A DNA stretch of 43,318 nt from Actinomycetota bacterium (lineage in GTDB: Bacteria > Actinomycetota > UBA4738 > CALAEC01). The notes under the pieces are model-generated. The model worked only from the letters and a program-made list of their open reading frames with translations. It ran no database searches and was not told the origin of the DNA. Positions 32,718-41,322 of this stretch are shown one piece after another (position 1 is the stretch's first letter; each line of letters opens with the position of its first letter). Location of the stretch: contig DAITPV010000001.1 of the NCBI GenBank assembly GCA_036833435.1, positions 1 to 43,318 of the forward strand, given 5' to 3'. The translations under genes were made by a program, and so were the position numbers.

Positions 32718-33695
32718 TTGTCCGAAGACGAACGCCGGCTCCTCCGGAAGCAGCGCCAGCCCGAGTGGATCGACCCCATGCTGGCCACCCTCACCGACCG
32801 GTCGTTCTCCGACCCGGACTGGATCTTCGAGCGGAAGCTCGACGGTGTCCGTGTTCTGACGTTCCGCAAAGGGAAGCGTGCTCGGCTTCTTTCGAGGAAC
32901 AACAAGGATAAGAACAACGCCTACCCGGAGATCGCGGAATCGATTGCTGGCCAGTCGGGGATCGACGCTGTGGTGGATGGCGAGGTCGTGGCCTTCGAAG
33001 GTCGACAGACCTCGTTCGCCAAGCTCCAGGGTCGCAGCGTGACGCGCCGCCGGGTCGCCATCAAGTACTACGTGTTCGACCTCCTCCACCTCGACGGTCG
33101 GGACGTCACACAACTTCCGCTTCGACGGCGAAAGGCACTCCTCCGCCAAGCTCTGGACTTCGCGGATCCCCTGCGGTTCATGACTCACCGGGCCACCCAC
33201 GGCGAGCGCTATCACCGCGAGGCGTGCGAGAAGGGATGGGAGGGGGTGATCGCAAAACGAGCCGAAGCGCCATACACGTCGGGGCGATCAGGGGACTGGC
33301 TGAAGCTGAAGTGTGTCGCTGACCAGGAGCTGGTCATCGGGGGCTTCACCGATCCTCAGGGCTCCCGAGCGGGATTCGGAGCCTTGCTGGTCGGCTACTA
33401 CGAGGACGGGGATCTGGTCTACGCGGGGAAGGTGGGGACCGGCTACAACGAGAAGCTGCTCCGCGACCTGCGCAGCCAGCTAGACCGACTGACGCGTCAG
33501 AAACCACCGTTCCAGCGACACACCGGGCTGCTTCCTAAGAAGGGAGTTCACTGGGTGAGACCCAAGCTGGTGGCCCAGATCGGTTTCACCGAGTGGACCG
33601 GCGACGGCCGACTCCGCCATCCACGATTTCAAGGACTCCGCCAGGACAAGTCACCCAAGGACGTGATTCGCGAACGCCCTCAAGGACTCCGGTGA
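32718..33695 (+). CDS. ligD: ATP-dependent DNA ligase (LigD ligase domain)
   Basis: PMLATL is present. ERKLDGVRV is motif I (KxDG). The OB-fold C-terminus reads WVRPKLVAQIGFTEWTGDGRLRHPRFQGLRQDK. TTG start. Confidence 0.88.
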   Translation: MSEDERRLLRKQRQPEWIDPMLATLTDRSFSDPDWIFERKLDGVRVLTFRKGKRARLLSRNNKDKNNAYPEIAESIAGQSGIDAVVDGEVVAFEGRQTSFAKLQGRSVTRRRVAIKYYVFDLLHLDGRDVTQLPLRRRKALLRQALDFADPLRFMTHRATHGERYHREACEKGWEGVIAKRAEAPYTSGRSGDWLKLKCVADQELVIGGFTDPQGSRAGFGALLVGYYEDGDLVYAGKVGTGYNEKLLRDLRSQLDRLTRQKPPFQRHTGLLPKKGVHWVRPKLVAQIGFTEWTGDGRLRHPRFQGLRQDKSPKDVIRERPQGLR

Positions 33696-33742
33696 CCGAA
33701 GTGGAGGCCTAGATCCCAAACCACTTAAGTCTTGACCGGGTG

Positions 33743-34075
33743 TCACTGGAGTGTGACTAAGCCCTCTGAGTTCCTGCCGAGATCCAGCTGCTCTCCTTCT
33801 CGGACATTTGCGAGGGCGCCTTCCCCGACGAGAAGCACGGCCGATCGCTCTCGGTCCGGACCGGTTCGGGGATCATAAGTGCCCCGGACCCGAAGACCAC
33901 GCAAAACCACCTCGATGTCGCGCTTAGAAGGTGGAAAGTAGTCCTTCGCCTTCCGAGGGAATCGTATCTGTCCGCGCTCAAGGTCGTTAGCGGTGACGCG
34001 TTGGCTGTGGGACCCATCAGGCTCGGTAGGCCCGTCTCGGTGACGCTCTCCCCGAGCCACATCGTCGTTTCTCAA
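33743..34075 (-). CDS. small protein with possible B3/EcoRII-N-like pseudobarrel DNA-binding domain
   Basis: VTANDLERGQIRFPRKAKDYFPP...IEVVLRG...LLVGEGALANVREGEQLDLGRN..GLVTL follows the B3-type pattern (lt.sD...g.i.iP...a..fP ... l...f....l..Gd.l.l). The TTG start overlaps the upstream stop (TTGA). This is a local lower-GC patch. Confidence 0.4.
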   Translation of the reverse strand: MRNDDVARGERHRDGPTEPDGSHSQRVTANDLERGQIRFPRKAKDYFPPSKRDIEVVLRGLRVRGTYDPRTGPDRERSAVLLVGEGALANVREGEQLDLGRNSEGLVTLQ

Positions 34076-34644
34076 CCCTCGAACTTGTCCCGGAGTTCTC
34101 TCTTCACGACTTTCCCTTCGGCTGTCCTCGGAATCTCGTCAAGGAAAGCGACTTCATCTGGAAGTTTTGGGTTGGCTCCTCTGTTCTTCAGAAAGACCAT
34201 GACCCCATCTCTTGTGAGCCGGGTCCCCGGCCGCAGGACCAAAGCTGCAAGGGGGCGCTCGTTCGACTTGGTGCGAACTATCACGGCAGCCTCAAGCACA
34301 TTGGGGTGCTCTCTGAGTGCACCTTCGAGTGCCTTGTTCCGATCTTTCGTGTGCTTCTTCTTGTGAGTTCTTGCAAAATCGACCCTGTTGCAGAGAACGT
34401 GCGCTAGCCGAAGGTTCTCAATGCTCCTTAGTCCGCCTTTCATCTTCAATTCCGGGAAGTGGTCCTCGTTCAGGGCCCAGTCCGTCAGTGGCTGCGTCCT
34501 CGGGTCGAAGTAGCCCCGTCCCTTTGGGCAGAGACACTCATCCATCGCGCAGACGAGCTCAGTAAGTCTCCCTTGCTTTGCGGCGTCGACAAGCGGGCCA
34601 TGGATCCCCATTTCCTCCAGCCGAGCTGCAAGCGTGTTCGCCAT
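34072..34644 (-). CDS. chimeric ORF: HNH endonuclease-like N-terminal domain fused in frame to an AMP-binding-enzyme C-terminal domain
   Basis: From ATG 34644, 4 nt after the ligase stop, the N-terminal part reads ...CAMDECLCPKG...EDHFPELKMKGGLRSIENLRLAHVLCN (HNH: Cys cluster, DH, GG, NL..H..CN). It continues ALEGALREHPNVLEAAVIVRTKSNERPLAALVLRPG...LPDEVAFLDEIPRTAEGKVVKRELRDKF. This parallels the C-terminus of the upstream ligase ([36 protein letters not shown]...[28 protein letters not shown]). Confidence 0.6.
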   Translation of the reverse strand: MANTLAARLEEMGIHGPLVDAAKQGRLTELVCAMDECLCPKGRGYFDPRTQPLTDWALNEDHFPELKMKGGLRSIENLRLAHVLCNRVDFARTHKKKHTKDRNKALEGALREHPNVLEAAVIVRTKSNERPLAALVLRPGTRLTRDGVMVFLKNRGANPKLPDEVAFLDEIPRTAEGKVVKRELRDKFEG

Positions 34645-34648
34645 TGCG

Positions 34649-36274
34649 CTAGACCGTGGGAAGCACGTAATCGCCAAACTGGGCGCGGAGGTCCTTCTTG
34701 GAGAACTTCCCCACGCTCGTCTTTGGGATCTCCTCGAGGAACGCCACGTCGTCTGGCAGCCACCACTTGGCCACCTTGTCCTCAAGGTAGGACAACAAGT
34801 CCTCCTTGGTGAGCTCCTCTCCCGGCTTGACGACGACGCACGCCAGTGGCCGCTCCTGCCACTTCGGATGCGCGACTCCGATCACCGCGGCCTCCAGCAC
34901 CTTCGGGTGGCCCATGATCGCGCTCTCCAGATCCACCGAGCTGATCCACTCTCCACCTGACTTGATCAAGTCCTTGGCCCGGTCCACCAGCTGGAGGTAC
35001 CCCTCGTGGTCGATGACTCCGATGTCCCCCGTCTTCAGCCACCCCTCGTCCCACGATTCTCCAGCCCGTTCATCCTCGTAGTACGACGAGGCCACCCACG
35101 GCCCCCGGATCTGCACCTCGCCCATCGACTTGCCGTCCCACGGCTGGACCTCCCCGCCGTCGCCCATCAGTCTCAGCTCGATCAGCGGCAGGGCCATCCC
35201 CTGCTTGGCCCGCAGCCGAGCCCTCTCGTCCTGCGGCAACCCGGCCAACTCGCCTTTCACCCACGACAGCGTCCCGACCGGGCCCGTCTCGGTCATTCCC
35301 CAGCCCTGGACCAGCGGAATCCCCAGCTTGTCGAACGCCTCGATCATCGACACCGGGGTGGCCGAGCCTCCCGACGTCACCATCCGCAGTGACGACAGGT
35401 CGTGCTCATGCTCCTTCTGGTCCTGCAGCACCCCGATCCAGATTGTCGGTACGCCCGCCGAGAACGTCACCTTCTGCTCCTCGACGATCCCCGCCAGGTC
35501 GTGCGGGGTCATGAACGGGCCCGGGTACACCTGGGTGCATCCGAGCATGGTGGCCCCGAAGGGGAGGCTCCACGCGTTGGCGTGAAACATCGGCACGATC
35601 GTGAGCGTGGTGTCCTTCTCCGAGATGGCCAGTCCGTCGGTCCCCGACAGCGCCAGGCTGTGAAGCACCAGCGATCGGTGCGTGTACAGCACGCCCTTGG
35701 GGTTGCCGGTGGTCCCGCTCGTGTAGCACATGATGCAAGCGGTCTTCTCGTCGAGCTCCGGCCAGTCGAACTGGGGGTCCTGCTCCTCGAGGAGCGCCTC
35801 GTAGGAGTCCACCGGAACCTTGAGCTCGCTCGGCGGCGGCTCGGTTCCTTCGCCCATGACCACGTACCGCTCCACGCTCTCGAACTTCGGAGCCAGCTGC
35901 TGGCACGGCTCGAACAGGGAGTCGTCGATGAACATCACCTTGTCGTTGGCGTGGTTCACGATGTAGGTGATCTGCTCCGGGAACAGGCGGATGTTCACCG
36001 TGTGGAGCACGGCACCGAGGCACGGGACCGCGAAGTACAGCTCAAGATGCCGGTGGCTGTTCCAGGCGAAGGATGCCACCCGGTCACCGGGACCGACTCC
36101 CATGGCCTTCAGCGCCCGGGCCAAGCGCTGGACTCGCTCGTAGAAGTCCTCGTACGTGTACGCGTGGTACCCCTCGGCGGTCTTGGTGAGGATCCGCTTG
36201 CGAGGGAAGTACGTTGCCGCTCGCTCGAGCAGGCGGGTCAGGGTGAGCGGGTAGTCCATCATCAGCCCTTGCAT
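34649..36274 (-). CDS. fadD: long/medium-chain fatty acid-CoA ligase (AMP-dependent synthetase)
   Basis: The AMP-binding motif is [25 protein letters not shown] and the C-terminal domain with the [11 protein letters not shown] lysine are also present. Confidence 0.92.
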   Translation of the reverse strand: MQGLMMDYPLTLTRLLERAATYFPRKRILTKTAEGYHAYTYEDFYERVQRLARALKAMGVGPGDRVASFAWNSHRHLELYFAVPCLGAVLHTVNIRLFPEQITYIVNHANDKVMFIDDSLFEPCQQLAPKFESVERYVVMGEGTEPPPSELKVPVDSYEALLEEQDPQFDWPELDEKTACIMCYTSGTTGNPKGVLYTHRSLVLHSLALSGTDGLAISEKDTTLTIVPMFHANAWSLPFGATMLGCTQVYPGPFMTPHDLAGIVEEQKVTFSAGVPTIWIGVLQDQKEHEHDLSSLRMVTSGGSATPVSMIEAFDKLGIPLVQGWGMTETGPVGTLSWVKGELAGLPQDERARLRAKQGMALPLIELRLMGDGGEVQPWDGKSMGEVQIRGPWVASSYYEDERAGESWDEGWLKTGDIGVIDHEGYLQLVDRAKDLIKSGGEWISSVDLESAIMGHPKVLEAAVIGVAHPKWQERPLACVVVKPGEELTKEDLLSYLEDKVAKWWLPDDVAFLEEIPKTSVGKFSKKDLRAQFGDYVLPTV

Positions 36275-36351
36275 CGGGCACCTCCTGGGCCGGATCGTGG
36301 AGGCCCATTCTCCCGCCTCACCGGGCCCGGAGGGAAATCAAGGGTAGAACG

Positions 36352-36385
36352 CGTGGAGGGGCGATCCGGAGACCGCCCCTCCACG
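36352..36385 (-). terminator. intrinsic-terminator-like hairpin downstream of the S8 protease gene
   Basis: Perfect 12-bp GC-rich stem CGTGGAGGGGCG (36352-36363) / CGCCCCTCCACG (36374-36385) with a 10-nt loop. It begins 10 nt past the protease stop. On the minus strand it is followed by CGTTCTACCCTTGATTT. Confidence 0.6.
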
Positions 36386-36395
36386 TCCTTCCCCT

Positions 36396-37544
36396 CTAGA
36401 GGTTCGTGAACAGCAGGTGCGCGTTCGGGGTGCTGCTCCCGCCCACGATGTTCTTGGTGGTCAGGTCGAACAGCGCCTGGCGCACCGTGGCCGGGGAGGC
36501 CCCCGGGTTCCCCTGCAGGTACAGGGCGGCAACGCCGGCTGTGTGCGGCGTGGCCATCGACGTCCCGCTGATGGTGTTCGTGGCCGTGGGGCTCGTGTAC
36601 CACGCCGAAGTGATTCCGACGCCCGGCGCGAACCAGTCCACGCACGAGCCGTAATTGGCCCACGACGCCTTCTGGTCGCTGCTGTCGGTGGCACTGATGG
36701 TCATGGCCTCGGCCACCCGGGCCGGCGAGTAGAAGCAGGCGTCGTCCTCGAAGCCGAGGATGTCGCCGTTCCCCGCGGCCACGGCGTAGCTCACGCCGTC
36801 GGCGATGGAGGTGCGGAGGGCGTTGTCCAGCGCGGTGCTGGCTCCGCCGCCGAGGCTCATATTGGCCACGGCCGGCTCACCGGCCTGGTGGTCGGCGGTG
36901 ACCCAGTCGATCCCGGCGATGACACCCGAGGTCGCCCCGCTGCCGGCGCAGTTAAGGACCCGCACGGCGACGAGGCTCGCGGATTTGGCCACGCCGAAGG
37001 TCGAGCCCCCGACGGTTCCGGCCACGTGGGTCCCGTGGCCATTGCAGTCGTCGGCCGAGCCTCCGTCGATGGAGTCGAACCCGCTCACCGCCCGGCCCCC
37101 GAACTCCGAGTGACCGAACAGGATCCCGGTGTCGATGATGTACGCGTTCACCCCCGCACCGGTGTTGAAGTAGGTGAAGTTCCCGTCCAGGGGCAGGTTC
37201 CGCTGGTCGATGCGATCCAGCCCCCAGGTGGCTCCGGTCTGGGTGGTGTCGATGCGCATCACCCGGTCACGTTCGATGGACGCCACGTTGGGGTTCGCGG
37301 CGAGGACGTCGGCCTGGTTGGCGGTGAGGTCCAGGGCGAATCCCTCGATGGCGTGGCGATACACCAGGTCGAGATCGGTACCGAAACGCTGGGCCTGGTT
37401 GTGGCCGATGGCGCCGGGCTGCTCGACCGATCGCTTGAGCACCACGATGTAGGAATGCCGTTCGGCGGTGGCTGCTCCGGAGGCGGCCGGCCAAAGCGTG
37501 ACCAGAACTGAGAGAACGAGCGTCAGGACGTGAGTCTTCCTCAC
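36396..37544 (-). CDS. secreted S8 (proteinase K/subtilisin-like) serine protease with I9-type propeptide
   Basis: Signal peptide MRKTHVLTLVLSVLVTLWPAASGA. The propeptide is YIVVLK...F..Y..A..GFA. The catalytic triad motifs are AYIIDTGI, HGTHVAGTVGG and GTSMATPH. GTG start with an AAGGAGG SD. Confidence 0.92.
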   Translation of the reverse strand: MRKTHVLTLVLSVLVTLWPAASGAATAERHSYIVVLKRSVEQPGAIGHNQAQRFGTDLDLVYRHAIEGFALDLTANQADVLAANPNVASIERDRVMRIDTTQTGATWGLDRIDQRNLPLDGNFTYFNTGAGVNAYIIDTGILFGHSEFGGRAVSGFDSIDGGSADDCNGHGTHVAGTVGGSTFGVAKSASLVAVRVLNCAGSGATSGVIAGIDWVTADHQAGEPAVANMSLGGGASTALDNALRTSIADGVSYAVAAGNGDILGFEDDACFYSPARVAEAMTISATDSSDQKASWANYGSCVDWFAPGVGITSAWYTSPTATNTISGTSMATPHTAGVAALYLQGNPGASPATVRQALFDLTTKNIVGGSSTPNAHLLFTNL

Positions 37545-37662
37545 GGGCGTACCTCCTTCTAGGGCGGAAGGATGGGTCAGCGGGCGGGCGGAGCGATCCT
37601 TCGTTGTCCCCGGGCCTCACCTCCTCGTGACGCCGAGCCGGGGGATTATAGGGCGAAGGCCA

Positions 37663-39312
37663 TCAATCGGGCAAAGGTTGCTCTTCGGGAGTGGACCGCG
37701 CCCGAGCCACGGCGTCGGCGGCCTCGCGGCTTTGGGGATGGCCGGTGAGGGCTTCCAGGAAGTCGGCCCGCTCCAGGGCCACCAGCCGCGTTGGAACCGT
37801 GACGACCACGGTGGCGTTCCGAGGGGCATCGCTCAGGAGGGCCACCTCCCCGAAGTGACCCCCCGGTCCCATGTGGGCCAGGCGCCGACCGTTTCGCATG
37901 ACCTCCACTTCCCCCTCGGCGATCACGTAGAACCGGTCGCCAGTCTCGCCCTCTCGAATCACCGCGGTGCCCGGTTCCACGGCCACGGTGACCAGGCGCG
38001 AGGCCAGACCCTCCAGCGTGGGCGGGGGGAGCGGAGCGAACATGTCGATCGATCGGAGGAGCGCCAGCTCGGGCCCCGGAACCCGGCCGGTCCGATCGGC
38101 ATTCTGGAGTGGCCGCCACAGGGCCACCGCAACGAGCGGCAGCAGGAGACCGAGGACGGCGATCCCTCGCTCGACGCCGAACAGCTCGATGAACAGCGGC
38201 GCGAGGATCGCGCCCAGGGCCAGGGCTGCTTGATGGAGCGACTCGAGGACGCCGAACACCCGGGCCATGAGCCGGTCGGGCACCACCCGCTGCAGGAGGG
38301 TGCGGCCGGCCACGTCGGTCACCGTGAACCCCACCCCACTGAGCATCAGGAGGCCTCCGGCCACCAGGGCTCCTCGGGTCAGGCCGAGGAAGGCCACGGG
38401 GATGCCGAACCCGACCAGCCCCAACGCCAGCGCCGGAGCGAGCCGGCGGCGGCCGACCAGCCCCAGAGCCACCGCGCCCCCGATCACCCCACCGGCTCCC
38501 AGGGCGGCGGTGAGGTATCCGGCTCCCGACTGGTCGAGACCGAGCAGCGCCAGGGCCACCACCACACACAGCACGTCGGTGGCTCCGTCGATGACCGACT
38601 TCGCCGCCACCAGTCCGACTACCACTCGTTGCCTCGGCTCTCGGGCCACGCTGCGGATGCCCCCGATCGCCTCCCGAAGCGGATGCTCTCGATCGCCGAC
38701 TTCCGGGACCGCCTGGGCCCGGATCCCGGCGACCAGCACCGCTCCGATCAGGAACCCGCCGGCCAGCGTGGCGAACACCATCCCCGGCTCGCTCACCGCG
38801 AGCAGGAGGCCGCCGAGCGCCGGCCCGGCAAGGATCATGGCGCTCTCGATCGTCCCGGTCGCAGCGTTCGCTGCGGTGAGCTCCTCTGGCGACCGAGCAA
38901 GGCTCGGCAGGAGAGCCGACTGGACCGGTCGGGTGATGGTCAGGCTGGTGGCCGCCGCCGCGGCCAGCGCATAGATCACCGGCACCGGGGCATCGAGCAA
39001 CATGGCGGCACCGGTGGCTGCGAAGGCCACCGCCTGGATCAGGTAGGCACCGAAGAGCACCCGGTCACGGCGAAACCGATCGCCGAGCACCGAGGCGAAC
39101 GGGGCGATCAGCGCGGCGGGAACGAGCTGGATGACCGCAACGAGGCCGACCTCGGTGGCTCCGCCCTGCTCGAAGGCGAACACCAGGATGGCCACCCACG
39201 TGCCGTACTCGGCGAGACCGAATGCGGCGTAGGCGATCTCCACCCGACGGAGGTCCGGGTTGGCGAACACCGCACCGAAGACCCGGAGCCTCCCCCGCAC
39301 GGCGCGAAGCAT
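37663..39312 (-). CDS. MFS transporter fused to a C-terminal cyclic-nucleotide-binding domain
   Basis: About 12 predicted TM helices are followed by MFAPLPPPTLEGLASRLVTVAVEPGTAVIREGETGDRFYVIAEGEVEV...GPGGHFGEVALL, the cNMP-binding FGE motif. Confidence 0.85.
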   Translation of the reverse strand: MLRAVRGRLRVFGAVFANPDLRRVEIAYAAFGLAEYGTWVAILVFAFEQGGATEVGLVAVIQLVPAALIAPFASVLGDRFRRDRVLFGAYLIQAVAFAATGAAMLLDAPVPVIYALAAAAATSLTITRPVQSALLPSLARSPEELTAANAATGTIESAMILAGPALGGLLLAVSEPGMVFATLAGGFLIGAVLVAGIRAQAVPEVGDREHPLREAIGGIRSVAREPRQRVVVGLVAAKSVIDGATDVLCVVVALALLGLDQSGAGYLTAALGAGGVIGGAVALGLVGRRRLAPALALGLVGFGIPVAFLGLTRGALVAGGLLMLSGVGFTVTDVAGRTLLQRVVPDRLMARVFGVLESLHQAALALGAILAPLFIELFGVERGIAVLGLLLPLVAVALWRPLQNADRTGRVPGPELALLRSIDMFAPLPPPTLEGLASRLVTVAVEPGTAVIREGETGDRFYVIAEGEVEVMRNGRRLAHMGPGGHFGEVALLSDAPRNATVVVTVPTRLVALERADFLEALTGHPQSREAADAVARARSTPEEQPLPD

Positions 39313-39338
39313 CCCACTCCGCGGGCCAGACGAGAAGG

Positions 39339-41195
39339 CTAGATGCTCTTCTTCTCCTCGCAGCCGTGCGCGGTGTCCTCGCCCGGGCCGCCGCGACAGC
39401 GGTCCTTCCCTGCGCCGCCGTTCAACCGGTCACGGCCGGGACCGGTCTTCAGGCGATCCTTGCCCTCCTGGCCGAAGACGCGGTCGGCCCCGGTGAAGGA
39501 CCTCACCACATCCTTCCCGGCGCCGGCACAGATGACGTCGGCGCCCCCAAGACCGTCGATAACCTCGTTGCCGGCGCCACCGACCAGGACGTCATCGTTC
39601 TCGGTCCCTGTGAGAGGTTCGCCGGGAGCTGTCGAGAAGCGGGTGGCCTCCCGGCCTCCGCACAACGGCGGATCCTCAACCTCGCCCACGTTGGAGTTCC
39701 CCTCCCGGAACCCGATGCTGGAGATCTCCGAGGCCCGGGGTCCCGTGTAGCGAAGGACGTACAGGCCGTTGCGAAGGTCGGTGACGTAGATCAGGCCGTC
39801 CTTGATGATGGGGAAGCTCCACATCACCACCTTGTTGTCGCCCATGCTCAGCGCGGGATCCTCGTTGGCCACGCTCGAAAGTGGGGTCGGAGAGAACCAT
39901 CCGGCCTGGGTCATGACCACGGGGTTGGAGATGTCGAGGACCTGGAGCCCGCCCGAGTGCCAGGTGATGAGCGCCAGGTTGTCGGTGATCGTCGGGTTGT
40001 GCGCCGCGTAGCTGGTGCGGTCCTGATCCGCGGCGCTCGGAGGCGGACAGGAATCCTCCGGGATCCGATATTCCCCCACCACCGTCGGATGCGCCGGATC
40101 GGTGACGTCCAGGCTGTGGACCCAGCCCCAGGGGCAGCCGTGGGTGGGGAGCGCGAACGTCCCGTACACCTCGTCGGTGATCAGGGAGTACGGCCGGCCG
40201 ACGAACGGCACGGCCGAGTGGCCGGGGTTGGAGTTCACCCACGCCGGGCGGTTCTCCGCAGGTGTCAGCAGGTTGTCGTTGAGGTCCACCACGGTGCCCG
40301 AGGGGAAGGTCTCTTCCGCGACCTCGGCCGTGTCGATGATGAGGAAGTAGGCAGCCAGGTAGGCCAGGTGAGTGACGGTGCCGTCGGGGGTGGGGGTCAT
40401 GGAGTGCAGCTGAACGTTGGGGACCCCCTGAGGGCTCCCCGGCACGATCTTGTCGTTCCAGTTGCCCTGGGCGATCAGCACCGGGGGCTCGCCGGTCGGC
40501 ACCTGGCTGATGTCGGCGATCAGGAGGTTGGCCCGGTTCGGATCCGTGGACGTGGTCGGCGTGGAGATCCACAGCAGGGCCCGTCCGGGCTCGCCGGGGT
40601 CCTGCCATAGGTAGAACTCGTGGGGCGTGCGGATGTCTCCGTTCGCCTGCTTGGGGTTCCACTCGGAGAGGAACGCCGGGTGGAGCGGGTCAGATAGGTC
40701 GAAGAACCGGAACGCCGGCGTCACGGCTGCTCCTCCACCCGGACAGGAGTGGATCGTCGTGCTGCAGGCGAAGTTGGCCACGATCAGGAGCTTCTGCTGG
40801 GGCCACACTCGCAGTTCCCGGGTGGTCTCGTTGAGGTTGCCGGCGTGCGGGGGGCCGATCTCCCCCACCACCGCCGGTGCGGTCGGGTCGGAGATGTCCA
40901 CGATCAGGATCCCGGGGTTGATGTGAGGACAGGAGTCGGGCCCCATCGCCTCACGAGGATCCCCGTCCCCGCACCTGCTGGAGCCGTCGGTGCGATTACC
41001 AACGTAGAGGTAGTCCCCGAACATGGCCGGGGCCGCGTTCATGCCCCGGGAATGGAGTGGGTTGTGGCCGATCAGCTCGAAGTTCGAGGAGGTTCCGGGA
41101 GTTCCGCCGCCGGGCCCCACGGTGGGGTCGCCCTGGGCGATGGACGGAACCACGAGCAGCAGCGCAACCAAAAGGAGCGGGACGATCCGGCGCAT
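39339..41195 (-). CDS. secreted beta-propeller (LVIVD-repeat-like) protein with C-terminal RTX-like Ca-binding repeats
   Basis: I chose the start at MRRIVPLLLVALLLVVPSIAQG (ATG 41195, GGAGG SD). Repeated motifs include LLIVANF, LIADIS, YFLIIDT and LIYVTDLRNGLYVL. The tail is DDVLVGGAGNEVIDGLGGADVICAGAGKDV...GKDRLKTGPGRDRLNGGAGKDRCRGGPGED. Confidence 0.7.
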   Translation of the reverse strand: MRRIVPLLLVALLLVVPSIAQGDPTVGPGGGTPGTSSNFELIGHNPLHSRGMNAAPAMFGDYLYVGNRTDGSSRCGDGDPREAMGPDSCPHINPGILIVDISDPTAPAVVGEIGPPHAGNLNETTRELRVWPQQKLLIVANFACSTTIHSCPGGGAAVTPAFRFFDLSDPLHPAFLSEWNPKQANGDIRTPHEFYLWQDPGEPGRALLWISTPTTSTDPNRANLLIADISQVPTGEPPVLIAQGNWNDKIVPGSPQGVPNVQLHSMTPTPDGTVTHLAYLAAYFLIIDTAEVAEETFPSGTVVDLNDNLLTPAENRPAWVNSNPGHSAVPFVGRPYSLITDEVYGTFALPTHGCPWGWVHSLDVTDPAHPTVVGEYRIPEDSCPPPSAADQDRTSYAAHNPTITDNLALITWHSGGLQVLDISNPVVMTQAGWFSPTPLSSVANEDPALSMGDNKVVMWSFPIIKDGLIYVTDLRNGLYVLRYTGPRASEISSIGFREGNSNVGEVEDPPLCGGREATRFSTAPGEPLTGTENDDVLVGGAGNEVIDGLGGADVICAGAGKDVVRSFTGADRVFGQEGKDRLKTGPGRDRLNGGAGKDRCRGGPGEDTAHGCEEKKSI

Positions 41196-41322
41196 CGGGT
41201 TACCTCCTTGACGTTCGACGAGTCCTGGAGGCGCGGGCAGGGCGCTCCGGTCCGTAGGGTACATGGCCGACCAAAGCGAGCGCCAGGCGGCGATCCCGGT
41301 GGTAGCCTCGGGTGACGTCCGC

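Noticed and set aside
35402-36409. + strand ORF of 335 aa, and the 35406-36023(-) 205-aa ORF
   Set aside because: They are shadow or out-of-frame ORFs inside the acyl-CoA ligase gene.
36417-37511. + strand ORF of 364 aa
   Set aside because: It is antisense to the S8 protease gene, which has a clear catalytic triad.
37627-40610. + strand ORFs 37627-39342 (571 aa) and 39222-40610 (462 aa); minus-strand 37646-38569 and 39676-40662
   Set aside because: They are antisense or out of frame relative to the MFS-cNMP and beta-propeller genes. Their R/G/P/H-rich translations carry no motifs.
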